A DNA stretch of 64,000 nucleotides, taken from Candidatus Melainabacteria bacterium 17Bon1m (lineage in GTDB: Bacteria; Cyanobacteriota; Vampirovibrionia; Obscuribacterales; Obscuribacteraceae). Shown piece after piece: positions 18,402-27,994 of the stretch (the first letter of the stretch is position 1; every line of letters begins with the position of its first letter). Position numbers and translations under genes: made by a program. The notes under the pieces were generated by a model, which worked only from the letters and a program-made list of their open reading frames with translations, had not been told where the DNA came from and ran no database searches. The DNA lies in contig JAVLKG010000005.1 of NCBI GenBank assembly GCA_032128875.1, positions 128,001-192,000 of the forward strand, in the 5' to 3' direction.

Positions 18402-19700
18402 TTACTCGAAAAGCTCGTGAATCAACTTTGGCGCAGTCACGGGCTCGGCGCTGTAACCGAAAGCTCTGGCTAACCACGTGACAGTTTCGTCAGCTGTTGC
18501 AGCCTCGTCCGTATGAATTGTCGCGACAACCTGGCCCGCTTTCACCTCATCGCCGACCTTGACGGTAACGACAATGCCGGCACCATGATTGATACCGCCA
18601 TCCGGTCTGTTGGACAGAGACTTGGATACAAGGGCAACTTTCATCGCATCGACGGATTTGACGAAGCCTCCCTTCGGCGCCTTAACTTCCACGCGATGTG
18701 CCGAACGCGGCAACAAGTCCGGGTCGTCGATGATGCGCTCATCTCCGCCCTGGCAGACGATCAGTTCGCTGAATTTCTCGAGCGCCTGCCCGTTGTCGAG
18801 CCGGCTTTCCAGAAGCGCAACAGCGTGATCGCGGTTCTGGCAGCGCCCAGATTTTACGAGTGCCAGAGAACCAAGGAAGATGCAGAGTTCGCGTAGGTCC
18901 GCAGGACCTTTGCCTTTGAGCGTTTCCACTGCTTCAAGAACTTCCAGGCTGTGCCCCACTGCAAAACCGAGCGGCTGGTCCATGTTCGACACGACGGCGA
19001 CAGTCGGCTTGTTCAGCCGCTTGCCGATCTCGACCATGGTCTGAGCAATTGCGCGAGCACGCTCTTCTGTGTCCATGAAAGCACCGCGTCCGGTCTTCAC
19101 ATCCAGGATAATCAAATTGGCGCCGGCTGCGAGTTTCTTGCACATGACGGACGCCGAGCCCAGACCATTGTGGTCGACCGTAGCCGTCTCGTTGCGCAAC
19201 TTGTACAGTTTTCCGTCAGCCGGAGCGAAGTCGGTTGTGGTACTGCCGATGGCGGCACCGATTTTCTTCACTTGCATGACGAACTCAGCTTGCGACAGGT
19301 TGACGTTGAAGCCTGGAATAGCTTCCAACTTGTCCAGTGTGCCGCCCGTATGCTCAAGCCCACGACCGGAAAGCTTCGCCATCGGCACGCCGGCGGAGGC
19401 GAGAAGTGGCACAAGAACCAGCGTCGTCTTATCGCCGACACCGCCTGTGCTGTGCTTGTCGCAGACAATTTCGCCGATTTCGCTCAAGTCGAGAACCTTG
19501 CCCGAGCGAGTCATGAAATCAGTAAGAGCGGTAGTTTCGTCGATATCCAGCCCTTTGAGATACGCAGCCATCAGCCACGCGGTCAGCTGGTAGTCCTTGA
19601 TGGAGCCATTCATAAGCCCGGCAATGATCCTGCCGATGTCTTCGGCGGAATGCGCTTTGCCGTTACGCTTGGCGGCAATCAAGTCAGTTATCTTGTCCAT
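18402..19700 (-). CDS. pdp: Pyrimidine-nucleoside / thymidine phosphorylase
   Basis: DKHSTGGVGDK, KLSGRGL.HTGGTLDKLE and DVKTG.GAFM motifs. Confidence 0.93.
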   Translation of the reverse strand: MDKITDLIAAKRNGKAHSAEDIGRIIAGLMNGSIKDYQLTAWLMAAYLKGLDIDETTALTDFMTRSGKVLDLSEIGEIVCDKHSTGGVGDKTTLVLVPLLASAGVPMAKLSGRGLEHTGGTLDKLEAIPGFNVNLSQAEFVMQVKKIGAAIGSTTTDFAPADGKLYKLRNETATVDHNGLGSASVMCKKLAAGANLIILDVKTGRGAFMDTEERARAIAQTMVEIGKRLNKPTVAVVSNMDQPLGFAVGHSLEVLEAVETLKGKGPADLRELCIFLGSLALVKSGRCQNRDHAVALLESRLDNGQALEKFSELIVCQGGDERIIDDPDLLPRSAHRVEVKAPKGGFVKSVDAMKVALVSKSLSNRPDGGINHGAGIVVTVKVGDEVKAGQVVATIHTDEAATADETVTWLARAFGYSAEPVTAPKLIHELFE

Positions 19701-20784
19701 AGTTCGGTCCTTTCTGAAACTATGAATTCAGATGCGTTTCATAAGACTCAGCCTGTAAAACGTTAACGAGCTGACATTGGAATTTATCACGTTGAACATT
19801 AGCTTGGTTTCAGATGGAGCTGAGTGGGCTTTTTCGAGCCTAGCCGTTCCAACAGTGAAAATCCCATTTCGCGCTATTTCCATGTTCCAAATTGTCCTCC
19901 CCTGCAACAGACCGTGCTCCAACCAGCGGCGTAGGGCCGGGAAGGAAACAGGGAAGAATGACCAAATGTTTGTATTTGGCTTGAGGAAGAAGGACGAATA
20001 GGGAAGTTGTAGATACCTTCGGGATATCACATGAAATAAGAGCTGAAATAGTAAAGTGACGCTTTACAACATGCTTTACTTCGCTTAAAACCTTAGCGCG
20101 CGCGAGTCTTTGAGACTTCTTCCATCCTCGCCCGCGCGGGCAGAACTACGTGCGCGCGTCTGGCTTCTTGCTTTTTCTGTTACTGAGGGACCGGAGGAAT
20201 GATCCTACTCTCTGCTAGATGCGCTAGATTAGCCAATTCTTCAAAAGTGCGTGATGAGACAAGCTTTGTTTGCTCGGCTCGGATTGGTTTCTCAAAACGT
20301 TTACCCAGTGGTCTAGATTGTCCGATTTGTCGATTTGTTCGAGCCTTAGACTATCGCAGCCGCATGAACCAATTTTTGCGCAGCGGTGGCAAGTTTTTTC
20401 CGTAGTTCTATCGGGAAAAACTTGCCTGTTTGAAGTTTCAGTTTCAAGACGGAAGGCCTGTCAGCTTTTGGGAGCGAAAACATCCACCGGCTCAGAGAAG
20501 TAACTGGTTGTAAAGGGGGTTTGTGAAGCCCAAGTTTATATGTTCCAGAAGAAGGTTTTGGTAGCAAAAAGTATCTTCTATTGCTCTCTTCATTCTTCGG
20601 CTAAACGACCTCCAAAACCAAATACAGAGTTCCTATCTCAGGCCTCTACGACGCAGCGAAAGCTGTGTTGTCGGTTACGGAGTTGTGTTGGAGTCGCAGA
20701 TGGATAGCGCGATGTGTGGTCGCCTGGTGGAAATGATTTCGCCAGGTGGATATGTCAAACAATCCTGAAACGGAGAAAGATACT

Positions 20785-21384
20785 ATGACGTTTTCCATCG
20801 TTGTACCTACCTCGAGCGTGATTGCTGTGTCTGCGGACGACGCCTACAAGGCGTGGGTCATCGAGCAGAACGGCAAGCACAAGGGGCGTCTCACGCTGGT
20901 CGGCGGCAAGGTGATCATGCCCGAGCAAACGCACGAACAGTGCGCGCTCGAGGAATGGGACCAGGAAGCCGGCGGCAAGGGCGCCAAGCTGCACGACGTG
21001 AAGTTGTGGGCCGTGAAAACCGACGCGCATTCGGACGTTCGTCAAGCGACGCTCGGCAAGCTCACTCATGACCTGTGCCCTGAGTCGCTGCGTGCCACTG
21101 TGGTGACCGGCCACTACGGCTGCCCGGATTATCTCTATCTGGCGAAGGTCGAGGGCGAGCCCTTTCCCTTCGACGGCGAAGCCAAGTCGTGCAAGCTGAT
21201 CGACGTGCGTGATGTGCCCTGGACCGAGACCGAAGCCGAGAGCCGCTATGGCGCTCAGCACGACCTCATCCTCATGGTCTATCGCCTCTGGCTCGCCGGT
21301 CGCCCTGTGGACGTCAGCGACTTCACGGACTTCCGCGCTCTGCGCGCCAAGCTCCGCGATTTGCTGGCCAACCTCAAGGACTGA
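20785..21384 (+). CDS. Nudix-family hydrolase (divergent box)
   Basis: GGKVIMPEQTHEQCALEEWDQEAG fits the Nudix box spacing; start at MTFSIV after GGAG. Confidence 0.75.
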   Translation: MTFSIVVPTSSVIAVSADDAYKAWVIEQNGKHKGRLTLVGGKVIMPEQTHEQCALEEWDQEAGGKGAKLHDVKLWAVKTDAHSDVRQATLGKLTHDLCPESLRATVVTGHYGCPDYLYLAKVEGEPFPFDGEAKSCKLIDVRDVPWTETEAESRYGAQHDLILMVYRLWLAGRPVDVSDFTDFRALRAKLRDLLANLKD

Positions 21385-21464
21385 CCGGCGGACATGCCAC
21401 CAAGAATGGTGCCGCGTGTTAAGCAGCACCACCCATAAACCTCATAAGATATAACGGAGTTAGT

Positions 21465-22160
21465 ATGTCCAAACTTTTGGATAATACTCATGCGACCAGG
21501 CTCGATGACCACCTGGATCGCGTGATGCAGAACGCGCAGCATTTGCAGCGTGTTCTCAGCACATTGAAAGGCATCGGGCCGCAGGGGACTTTCCTCGGCT
21601 CGCGAAAACTTGGTCCGGAGTCGCTCGAGTATCGTTGGTTGGCAGACGTCTCCAAGCAACTGGCTTTGACCGGCATTGCCCTGAAAACCGGCGGTGGACC
21701 TGGTCTGATGGAAGCTCCTCACAAGGGCTGCCTCGACGCCGGCCGTCTCGACCGAGCGGTCGCTGTTTGCGCGGACTTCCTGGCGACGGAAGAAGACATC
21801 AATCCGTACGTGGTCCAAGGTGGTCACGTGTTCAAGATGCCGGATTTCAATTCTCGGCATGATGGGCTCTTCTTCGGCTCGATGTTCCATGGCGTCCTCT
21901 GGGGCCGTCTGGGCACCATTCACGAGCTCTACGACCTGCTCAATCGGCTCAAGCACGGACTTCTGGCCGGTGCGCCCGTCTACTTCCTGGAGCGTGACGG
22001 CTACTGGTCGCAGAAGAAGGACTTTCTGACGCAGTCCCTGGGCGAAGAATTGGGACCGCGCATCAGTCCTGAAGACTATGACACGACGAAGATCGTGAAT
22101 ATCACCGAAGTGACGCCGGAGCAATTCGTGCGAACGCTATTGCGTGATATCGGCTTCTAG
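21465..22160 (+). CDS. LOG/SLOG-family nucleotide phosphoribohydrolase (divergent)
   Basis: TFLGS, TGGGPGLMEA, FNSRH; WGRLGTIHE in place of PGGxGTxxE. Confidence 0.85.
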   Translation: MSKLLDNTHATRLDDHLDRVMQNAQHLQRVLSTLKGIGPQGTFLGSRKLGPESLEYRWLADVSKQLALTGIALKTGGGPGLMEAPHKGCLDAGRLDRAVAVCADFLATEEDINPYVVQGGHVFKMPDFNSRHDGLFFGSMFHGVLWGRLGTIHELYDLLNRLKHGLLAGAPVYFLERDGYWSQKKDFLTQSLGEELGPRISPEDYDTTKIVNITEVTPEQFVRTLLRDIGF

Positions 22161-22218
22161 GCGTCGAAGAATTATGTGATGCCATGATTCGAAACCGGCT
22201 GTTGGATGCAGCCAACAT

Positions 22219-22298
22219 GCCCCCACCGAAGGCGGTCGCCTGGCGGAAAACTGCAAAGTTTACTGCCAGGTGGATGGGTTCGATTCCCATCGGGGGCG
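22219..22298 (+). ncRNA. tRNA-like element with a Cys-type CUGCAAA loop (non-canonical tRNA or tRNA-Cys pseudogene)
   Basis: GCCCCC/GGGGGC acceptor-like stem; T-arm ATGGG-TTCGATT-CCCAT; ACCG-AAGG-CGGT mini-arm; extended CCTGGCGG...CTGCCAGG arm; no encoded CCA. Confidence 0.65.
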
Positions 22299-22319
22299 CT
22301 GCTGTGTTGAGTCAAACTT

Positions 22320-22358
22320 GAAAAATCGGGGCGGGCAGCCGCTCTTCTCCGATTTTTC
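22320..22358 (+). terminator. Stem-loop after the tRNA-like element
   Basis: GAAAAATCGG...CCGATTTTTC. Confidence 0.55.
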
Positions 22359-22510
22359 CTTGAGCCGCGTTTGTACTATGGCATATCAGAGACATTTTTT
22401 TGCTTCGATTTGAACTTTTTGTGCGCACTCTACGTACTTGAAGATAGGGGCGGTGGCGCGCCCCGGAATCCGCAAAGGGGGCTTCAGTGCTCCATTTTGT
22501 CTCTTATGTA

Positions 22511-22543
22511 TTCGTCCGAAAAATTTCAAATTTTTCGGACGAA
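22511..22543. repeat. Dispersed palindrome family, copy 3 (just upstream of the DUF6088-like gene)
   Basis: TTCG-TCCGAAAAAT-TTCAA-ATTTTTCGGA-CGAA. Confidence 0.85.
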
Positions 22544-22566
22544 AATTTAAAACCAGGAGGTGCATT

Positions 22567-23448
22567 ATGGGAGTTTTTAGCAGATGTCGAAAGTACGTAA
22601 ACGAGCTGCCCAAGCAGCAAATCTTTGTTACAAGAGAGCTTCTGACCTATGGCTGTCGCGATGCAGTGGATAAGTGTGTGCAGGGAATGGTGCGCAGGGG
22701 TTTCATTGTGAGATTGGCTCGAGGAGTCTTTATACGTAACGATGCTGATTTGAAGGAACCAACAATTATTCAAATTGCAGAAGCTAAAGCCAGAGCATTT
22801 TCAAAGCACTTACTGCCTTCAAAAGTCGCTCAAGCAGCTGCTTTGGGGTTGGAAAAACCACCGAAGCCGAAAAAGAAGAAGGTGAAAGTGGCCAAGAAAG
22901 TCTTTCCGCCTGCTACTGCTACGTTTTCAGTGTTGGGTACTACAAGCATGTTTTTTACGATTCATGGATACGTAAAGCTTGAACACGTATCCGCAAGAAA
23001 GTTTTTTGTGGCGCAGCATGAACTTGGCAAAATGCTCACAGGTATTTGGCACGCCAGCGCAGAAGCGGTTTTCAGCTTTCCAAGGTTGTTGTCGAAGGCG
23101 AATTTCTCTGTTGAAGAATATAAGAAGCTCAGACAGCTTGCGGCCTGGGTTCCTGAATGGGTTCACGAATACTTCCGCTCAGAACATGATTCGCTTCTCG
23201 TGCACGTCCCGTGGCGTCTTTATCCGTTTACAGGTGTGCAATTTCCTGACGTCTTTTTCAACAAGAAGGAAAAAGGCGTTTTGGAGCAGAATGCTATATA
23301 TCTACTTGGCACCGAAGGTGGTGCGAATGAATTACCCGGAGGAAGTCATGGTGCGCGAGATTCGCGACGTCTGCTAGGTCTGCTAACTGCGTGTTTTTGG
23401 AGTGAGCACAAATTCAATTTTGGATCGGATCACTTTTCATCGTCGTAA
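22567..23448 (+). CDS. DUF6088 / AbiEi-antitoxin-like winged-helix protein
   Basis: IFVTRELL..G.RDAVDK...MVRRGFIVRLARGVF; RBS AGGAGG before ATG 22567. Confidence 0.65.
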   Translation: MGVFSRCRKYVNELPKQQIFVTRELLTYGCRDAVDKCVQGMVRRGFIVRLARGVFIRNDADLKEPTIIQIAEAKARAFSKHLLPSKVAQAAALGLEKPPKPKKKKVKVAKKVFPPATATFSVLGTTSMFFTIHGYVKLEHVSARKFFVAQHELGKMLTGIWHASAEAVFSFPRLLSKANFSVEEYKKLRQLAAWVPEWVHEYFRSEHDSLLVHVPWRLYPFTGVQFPDVFFNKKEKGVLEQNAIYLLGTEGGANELPGGSHGARDSRRLLGLLTACFWSEHKFNFGSDHFSSS

Positions 23449-23777
23449 ACAGCTTGAACTATGAGAAAAAACGCTGCTTTGCAAGCGTGGGCTGCTGGGC
23501 GTAGAGCTCTTCATCCGAGACTTCTAAAAGTTATAGCTTCTAAACCTATTTCTTTCTTCCTCAAGTCCTAAACCAAATCCCAAAAGAACATAAGCACGTG
23601 CATCCCGAAACTTAATCAGCCTCTCAAGGCTGTGCACGGGTTGTTCGTCATGTCTTGTCGCGGTGGAAATGCGCCCCCTGTGAAGCTTTTGCAGATGGCG
23701 CTGTTCAGGCATATCAAAAATCTCTCGTCTTGAACTTCTCGGCAATCACGCCTTGAAGAGACTTTTGGGGCCCCGTC

Positions 23778-25202
23778 ATGAAGAGAAAATCTGGTTCGTC
23801 TCCCGGTGCCAAGCCGGTTGGCGTCAACAAAGCGCGCATAAGTTCTCTGCGCGGTGAATCTCCTTTTGTCATCAAGCCGCTACTCCAATTCGCTCCCGAG
23901 GCGGAAAAGGACGGCAGTGTGACTATCGAGCTGGTCTGGATTGCTCACTTGAAGCGCAGTCTCTGGAAAGTGGAATACCTCGCTGAGGGTGCCACTTCTT
24001 GGACTGTTTGCGAAGTTGAGAAAGTCGACAGCGTTAATATCAAAGACAACGAGTTCAAGCGCTTCCGGGCATCCTTTAAGGGTTTGAAAGCTGGAAGCGC
24101 TTTCGAGTATCGGGTTTTATTGGCTGAACAGCAAGTCTTCGCCGCAGCAGCGAAAACGCCGCCCGACAAAGGTTCTCGGACCACTGTCGCGTTGTTCGGT
24201 GACTTTGCTGACGGCGATCCTGAGGCGACGAAAGTTGCAAAAGGCGCATACGGAGCGAATCCCGACCTGGTCGTTTTGGCTGGCGACGTTGTCTACAACA
24301 ACGGACTCTACGGAGAATATCGCAAGCACTTTGACCCCGTCTACAACGGCGACGGCGAACGAGGTGCTCCGATCGGTCGTTCTGTAGTGACTGCAGCGGT
24401 CCCGGGAAATCATGATGTACGTGTGCCGGATCGATTCGACTTCATACAGCATGCCTCGGATGCAGACCTTTTTGCATTCTTCCGAATCTTTCGTCACCCG
24501 GATAACGGCCCGAAGCTGGATACTAAGACCGTCACGAAAATGGTTGAACGTGACCGCGACGGTCGAAAGCTGTTGGGTCTCTACGGACCAGACTTCATTC
24601 GTCTGTCCAACTACTACTTCCGGCAAGGCGACAGCTTTTGGGTCATGCTCGATGCCAACGAGTACATGGACTGGCGCCTTCCTGAGCTGCAAGAGTGGCT
24701 TGAGAAAACCCTGGAAAAGGGCGCTGACTGCACTTGGAAGTTCGTTTGCTTCCATCAGCCTGGCTTCAACAGTGATGCGAAGTATAAGACAGACACGCGT
24801 ATGCGTGTCTTGTCGCCCATCTTTGAAGACTTTGGTGTAGACATCGTTTTCAACGGGCACTGCCACTTCTATGAGCGGAGCTATCCCCTCAAGTACAAGC
24901 TAAAGTCTGGAAAAGCCGGACGTAAGCTCAATCCAGAGGGCAAGATGGTTCTCGACAAAATATTTGATGGCACCGAGAACAAAAGACCTCAAGGCGTAAT
25001 CTACATCGTTTCCGGCGCAGGCGGGCTTCTCGTCTCGCACGACATGCGTCCCTCCTCGCGCGGAACGGTTGAATCCAGCTTCAAGATTGGGGATCGCACA
25101 AACTCGTTCACTGTGTTATCGCTGGAAGGTAAAACCCTTCTGCTGCGCCAGGTTGGGACCGCTGGCGAAGAAGTGGACAAATTTGAAATCGATAAGACCT
25201 AA
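23778..25202 (+). CDS. Calcineurin-like metallophosphoesterase (purple acid phosphatase type, FN3-like N-domain)
   Basis: GDF, GDVVY, GNHD, FH.P and GHCHFYER motifs. Confidence 0.9.
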   Translation: MKRKSGSSPGAKPVGVNKARISSLRGESPFVIKPLLQFAPEAEKDGSVTIELVWIAHLKRSLWKVEYLAEGATSWTVCEVEKVDSVNIKDNEFKRFRASFKGLKAGSAFEYRVLLAEQQVFAAAAKTPPDKGSRTTVALFGDFADGDPEATKVAKGAYGANPDLVVLAGDVVYNNGLYGEYRKHFDPVYNGDGERGAPIGRSVVTAAVPGNHDVRVPDRFDFIQHASDADLFAFFRIFRHPDNGPKLDTKTVTKMVERDRDGRKLLGLYGPDFIRLSNYYFRQGDSFWVMLDANEYMDWRLPELQEWLEKTLEKGADCTWKFVCFHQPGFNSDAKYKTDTRMRVLSPIFEDFGVDIVFNGHCHFYERSYPLKYKLKSGKAGRKLNPEGKMVLDKIFDGTENKRPQGVIYIVSGAGGLLVSHDMRPSSRGTVESSFKIGDRTNSFTVLSLEGKTLLLRQVGTAGEEVDKFEIDKT

Positions 25203-25269
25203 GTTCTCATGCGTGTTGCAGACATTGGCGCTGCAACACGCATTTTTTCGTTTTGCAGATATTATATTG

Positions 25270-25320
25270 CTTAGTAAATAACTCCGAAAAATTCAGAATT
25301 TTTCGGAGTTATTTACTAAG
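25270..25320. repeat. Dispersed palindrome family, copy 4 (23-bp perfect arms; between convergent genes)
   Basis: CTTAGTAAATAACTCCGAAAAAT-TCAGA-ATTTTTCGGAGTTATTTACTAAG. Confidence 0.9.
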
Positions 25321-25397
25321 GCCATTTTTCTCAAAAGTGATTTTGTAGTCTTCCTTGCGCCCCGCACGCAGTGGCTTTCCTGGCGCTCTATAGCGGT

Positions 25398-27467
25398 TCA
25401 GTCTGCGCGATTGTCATTGGTTGTAGCAAGTTTTGGAAATTCCTTTTTCAAGCGAGTAAAGTCATCCTTTGACCAAGCTTTAAACTTAATTCCGAGTTCT
25501 CTTAATTTCGGGAGGCTATGCACCATATGCGATACTGTGTTGTAGTGAAATTTCGAATCTGGCGCTGAAAAACTTTCCAGATTCTTCAGGCTGCAGATCC
25601 AAGAAGCGTCACTTTCGTTTAACTTCGGCGCCTTCTCTAGCCAAAGCTTGCGCATGCTCTTTATGCTTCCAACTAAGCGTATGTCTTGAGACGACAGATC
25701 TTCTGCGCTCAGTCTCAACTCTTCGAGAACAGTAGAGCCTTTCAATTTCTTCAGTACCTCTGCCTGATTTGGCAGGTGCGCGATATTGAGATTTTTGCAT
25801 TGATTAAGGCGTTTGAAGCCAAGCAATCCAAGGCCTGTCATGTTAGTTCTTCCTACCCTCAGAACTTCAAGTTTGGGAAGCTTGTTCAAGGTCTCGATTA
25901 ACTGGTCGTCTACTTCGCAGCCTGTGACGTCAAGAAACTTCAAATTCTTCTGACGATCCAAATACCTGAATGTGGAATCTGCAACTCCGAAGTTAAAACG
26001 AAATCGCATCCCGGCAAATTCATTAGAATTGAATCGCAGAAGGAATTTGGGATTAGTTACTATGACTTTGTCTTCGACATCGAGACGAAGCTGCTCTTCA
26101 GCTGGAAAAGTTAGAACGCCTTTTGCAGGATAGGCCTTTTCTTTGTCCATCGAGTAAATGTAGCCAAGTCCAAATTCTTTTGCTCTACCGAAATCAAATA
26201 CGCGTATTTCTTTCCCCTGTTTGTCTGCGGTCAGTGAGCTTATCGGTCCACCGTCCGCATTTTCGAAAACTTCAGCTGGAATGCCTTCGGAGCGCTTCAA
26301 GCTTTGTGCTTCATCGAAGCCGGCTCGGTAAGATGCTGCCAATTTCTGGCTCATCGTACTAAAAACAATTGTGCCTGCAACCGCCGCGCCTATGGCGCAA
26401 GCAGCAACTAATTGCAAGAGATGTTTGGAATCTTTGTGTGCTGCTGCTTCTGCCTTTGTCAGTGACAACAAGGCTGGATGATGTGAGATTCCTTGTTGTA
26501 GAAGGCTGAGATCGCGTGCGATAGACTTCATGTCCTGGTATCGCGACTCTGGATTTTTCTCGAGCATGAGCCGCAAGATATTCTCGATTGCAGCTGGAAA
26601 CTCTTTGCCCAATGTCGCTTCTTTCAGTGATGGAGCATCTGTCGATTGATGCTGCATCATTGTAGAAAGTGCTGTATTTCCCATAAAGGGCGGCACGCCT
26701 GTTAGACACTCAAAAATGACGCAGCCCAGTGAATAGATGTCGCTTCGGATGTCGACCGGTTTGCCAAGGCACTGTTCGGGGCTCATATAGAGTGGGCTGC
26801 CAAATATTTCGCCTGTGCGTGTAAGCGCTTGAGTTGGTTGAATTTCTTCGTCTGTCAGTTTTGCAATTCCAAAGTCAACGACCTTAACGCTGAAGCTACT
26901 GCTATCTGATTGCGGAGGAACCAGCATTATGTTGCTTGGTTTTAAGTCCCTGTGGATGACTCCCATGTTGTGAGCGTATGCCAGCGCAAAGCACACTTGA
27001 ATGAAAATCGTGAGAGTTTCTTCTACACTGAGTGCCCCTTTGTCTTTGATCAATTTCGCAAGGGTCGTACCTTCGATGTAATCCATCACAAAGAATGGAA
27101 TGTCACCATTGATCAAACCGCAGTCATGTACGGTTATGAGATTGGGGTGATCCAGCATTGCCGCAGTTTTTGCTTCGACTTGAAACCGTCGCCAGGTTAC
27201 ATCACTTACTTCCTGGGCATTCAAAGTTTTCATTGCCAGGATTCGCCCGAGAGTGATCTGTTCCACTCGATAGACGACCCCCATTCCCCCGCGCCCTAGC
27301 TCGCCGAGCACCTTATATTTTTCAGCTACAACCTGTCCTGTGAGTAAGTCGGGAGCCGGTCCATAAGTCAGACCTAAAGTGTTCTCTATGCCATCAATGG
27401 AGATTGGCTGAGAATTAAACGCAGGAGCATTTGCTCCTAAGCCTTTTTGCTTATCCGCATCGTTCAT
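25398..27467 (-). CDS. Ser/Thr protein kinase with a TM helix and C-terminal leucine-rich repeats
   Basis: GRGGMGVVY, HRDLKPSN, DFG and YMSPEQ motifs; LxxLxL repeats. Confidence 0.92.
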   Translation of the reverse strand: MNDADKQKGLGANAPAFNSQPISIDGIENTLGLTYGPAPDLLTGQVVAEKYKVLGELGRGGMGVVYRVEQITLGRILAMKTLNAQEVSDVTWRRFQVEAKTAAMLDHPNLITVHDCGLINGDIPFFVMDYIEGTTLAKLIKDKGALSVEETLTIFIQVCFALAYAHNMGVIHRDLKPSNIMLVPPQSDSSSFSVKVVDFGIAKLTDEEIQPTQALTRTGEIFGSPLYMSPEQCLGKPVDIRSDIYSLGCVIFECLTGVPPFMGNTALSTMMQHQSTDAPSLKEATLGKEFPAAIENILRLMLEKNPESRYQDMKSIARDLSLLQQGISHHPALLSLTKAEAAAHKDSKHLLQLVAACAIGAAVAGTIVFSTMSQKLAASYRAGFDEAQSLKRSEGIPAEVFENADGGPISSLTADKQGKEIRVFDFGRAKEFGLGYIYSMDKEKAYPAKGVLTFPAEEQLRLDVEDKVIVTNPKFLLRFNSNEFAGMRFRFNFGVADSTFRYLDRQKNLKFLDVTGCEVDDQLIETLNKLPKLEVLRVGRTNMTGLGLLGFKRLNQCKNLNIAHLPNQAEVLKKLKGSTVLEELRLSAEDLSSQDIRLVGSIKSMRKLWLEKAPKLNESDASWICSLKNLESFSAPDSKFHYNTVSHMVHSLPKLRELGIKFKAWSKDDFTRLKKEFPKLATTNDNRAD

Positions 27468-27649
27468 CCAAGACCCCCACGCGCCCCTGAATGGGATATA
27501 CCTCGGTATAGTTAATTTTCGACAGCTTATACGGATTTTTGTATTAAATGTCGAGGCTCGAAACCCGCATTAGATAAGCCGCTTAACACTTGTAAGTCTC
27601 TGTGCGGTTATTAACGGGCTAGGTGGGATATGGCTTTCAGTCCTTTGAA

Positions 27650-27686
27650 AATTGGTCCGAAAAATTTGAAATTTTTCGGACCAATT
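27650..27686. repeat. Dispersed palindrome family, copy 5
   Basis: AATTGG-TCCGAAAAAT-TTGAA-ATTTTTCGGA-CCAATT. Confidence 0.9.
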
Positions 27687-27994
27687 CGCTTGAGACAAAA
27701 ACTGACCCTTGCTTGAGTGACTTCGGAAATAAGTATTCGGCTATGAAAGCGGTCGGTTTGAAATCTTCGAACTGTCCGTGTTTCCAGGTTTTGGCACCTC
27801 TGCAATTTAAGTGCCGACAAGCAGAGCGTTAAAACCGGGCGCTAGAGAGAATTGGCGTTTAAGAATTTGGCTGTCAGTCGCGCGGTTCGCGCGAGGGCCT
27901 TTTTGCGCGAAAGACAAATTGATAAGGGGAATGGAACCGCGCGCCTGACGGCAGTTATGTTGAAACGCCAAGTTCACTTGTATGGCAATCTTGC

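Noticed and set aside
22219-22298. Calling the element a functional canonical tRNA-Cys or tRNA-Sec
   Set aside because: A7-C66 mismatch, no U8, abnormal D and anticodon arms, no U73; the anticodon is not UCA.
11219-27686. Palindrome copies or the 54-nt repeats as a CRISPR array
   Set aside because: Copies are hundreds to thousands of bp apart, with no regular repeat-spacer period and no cas genes.
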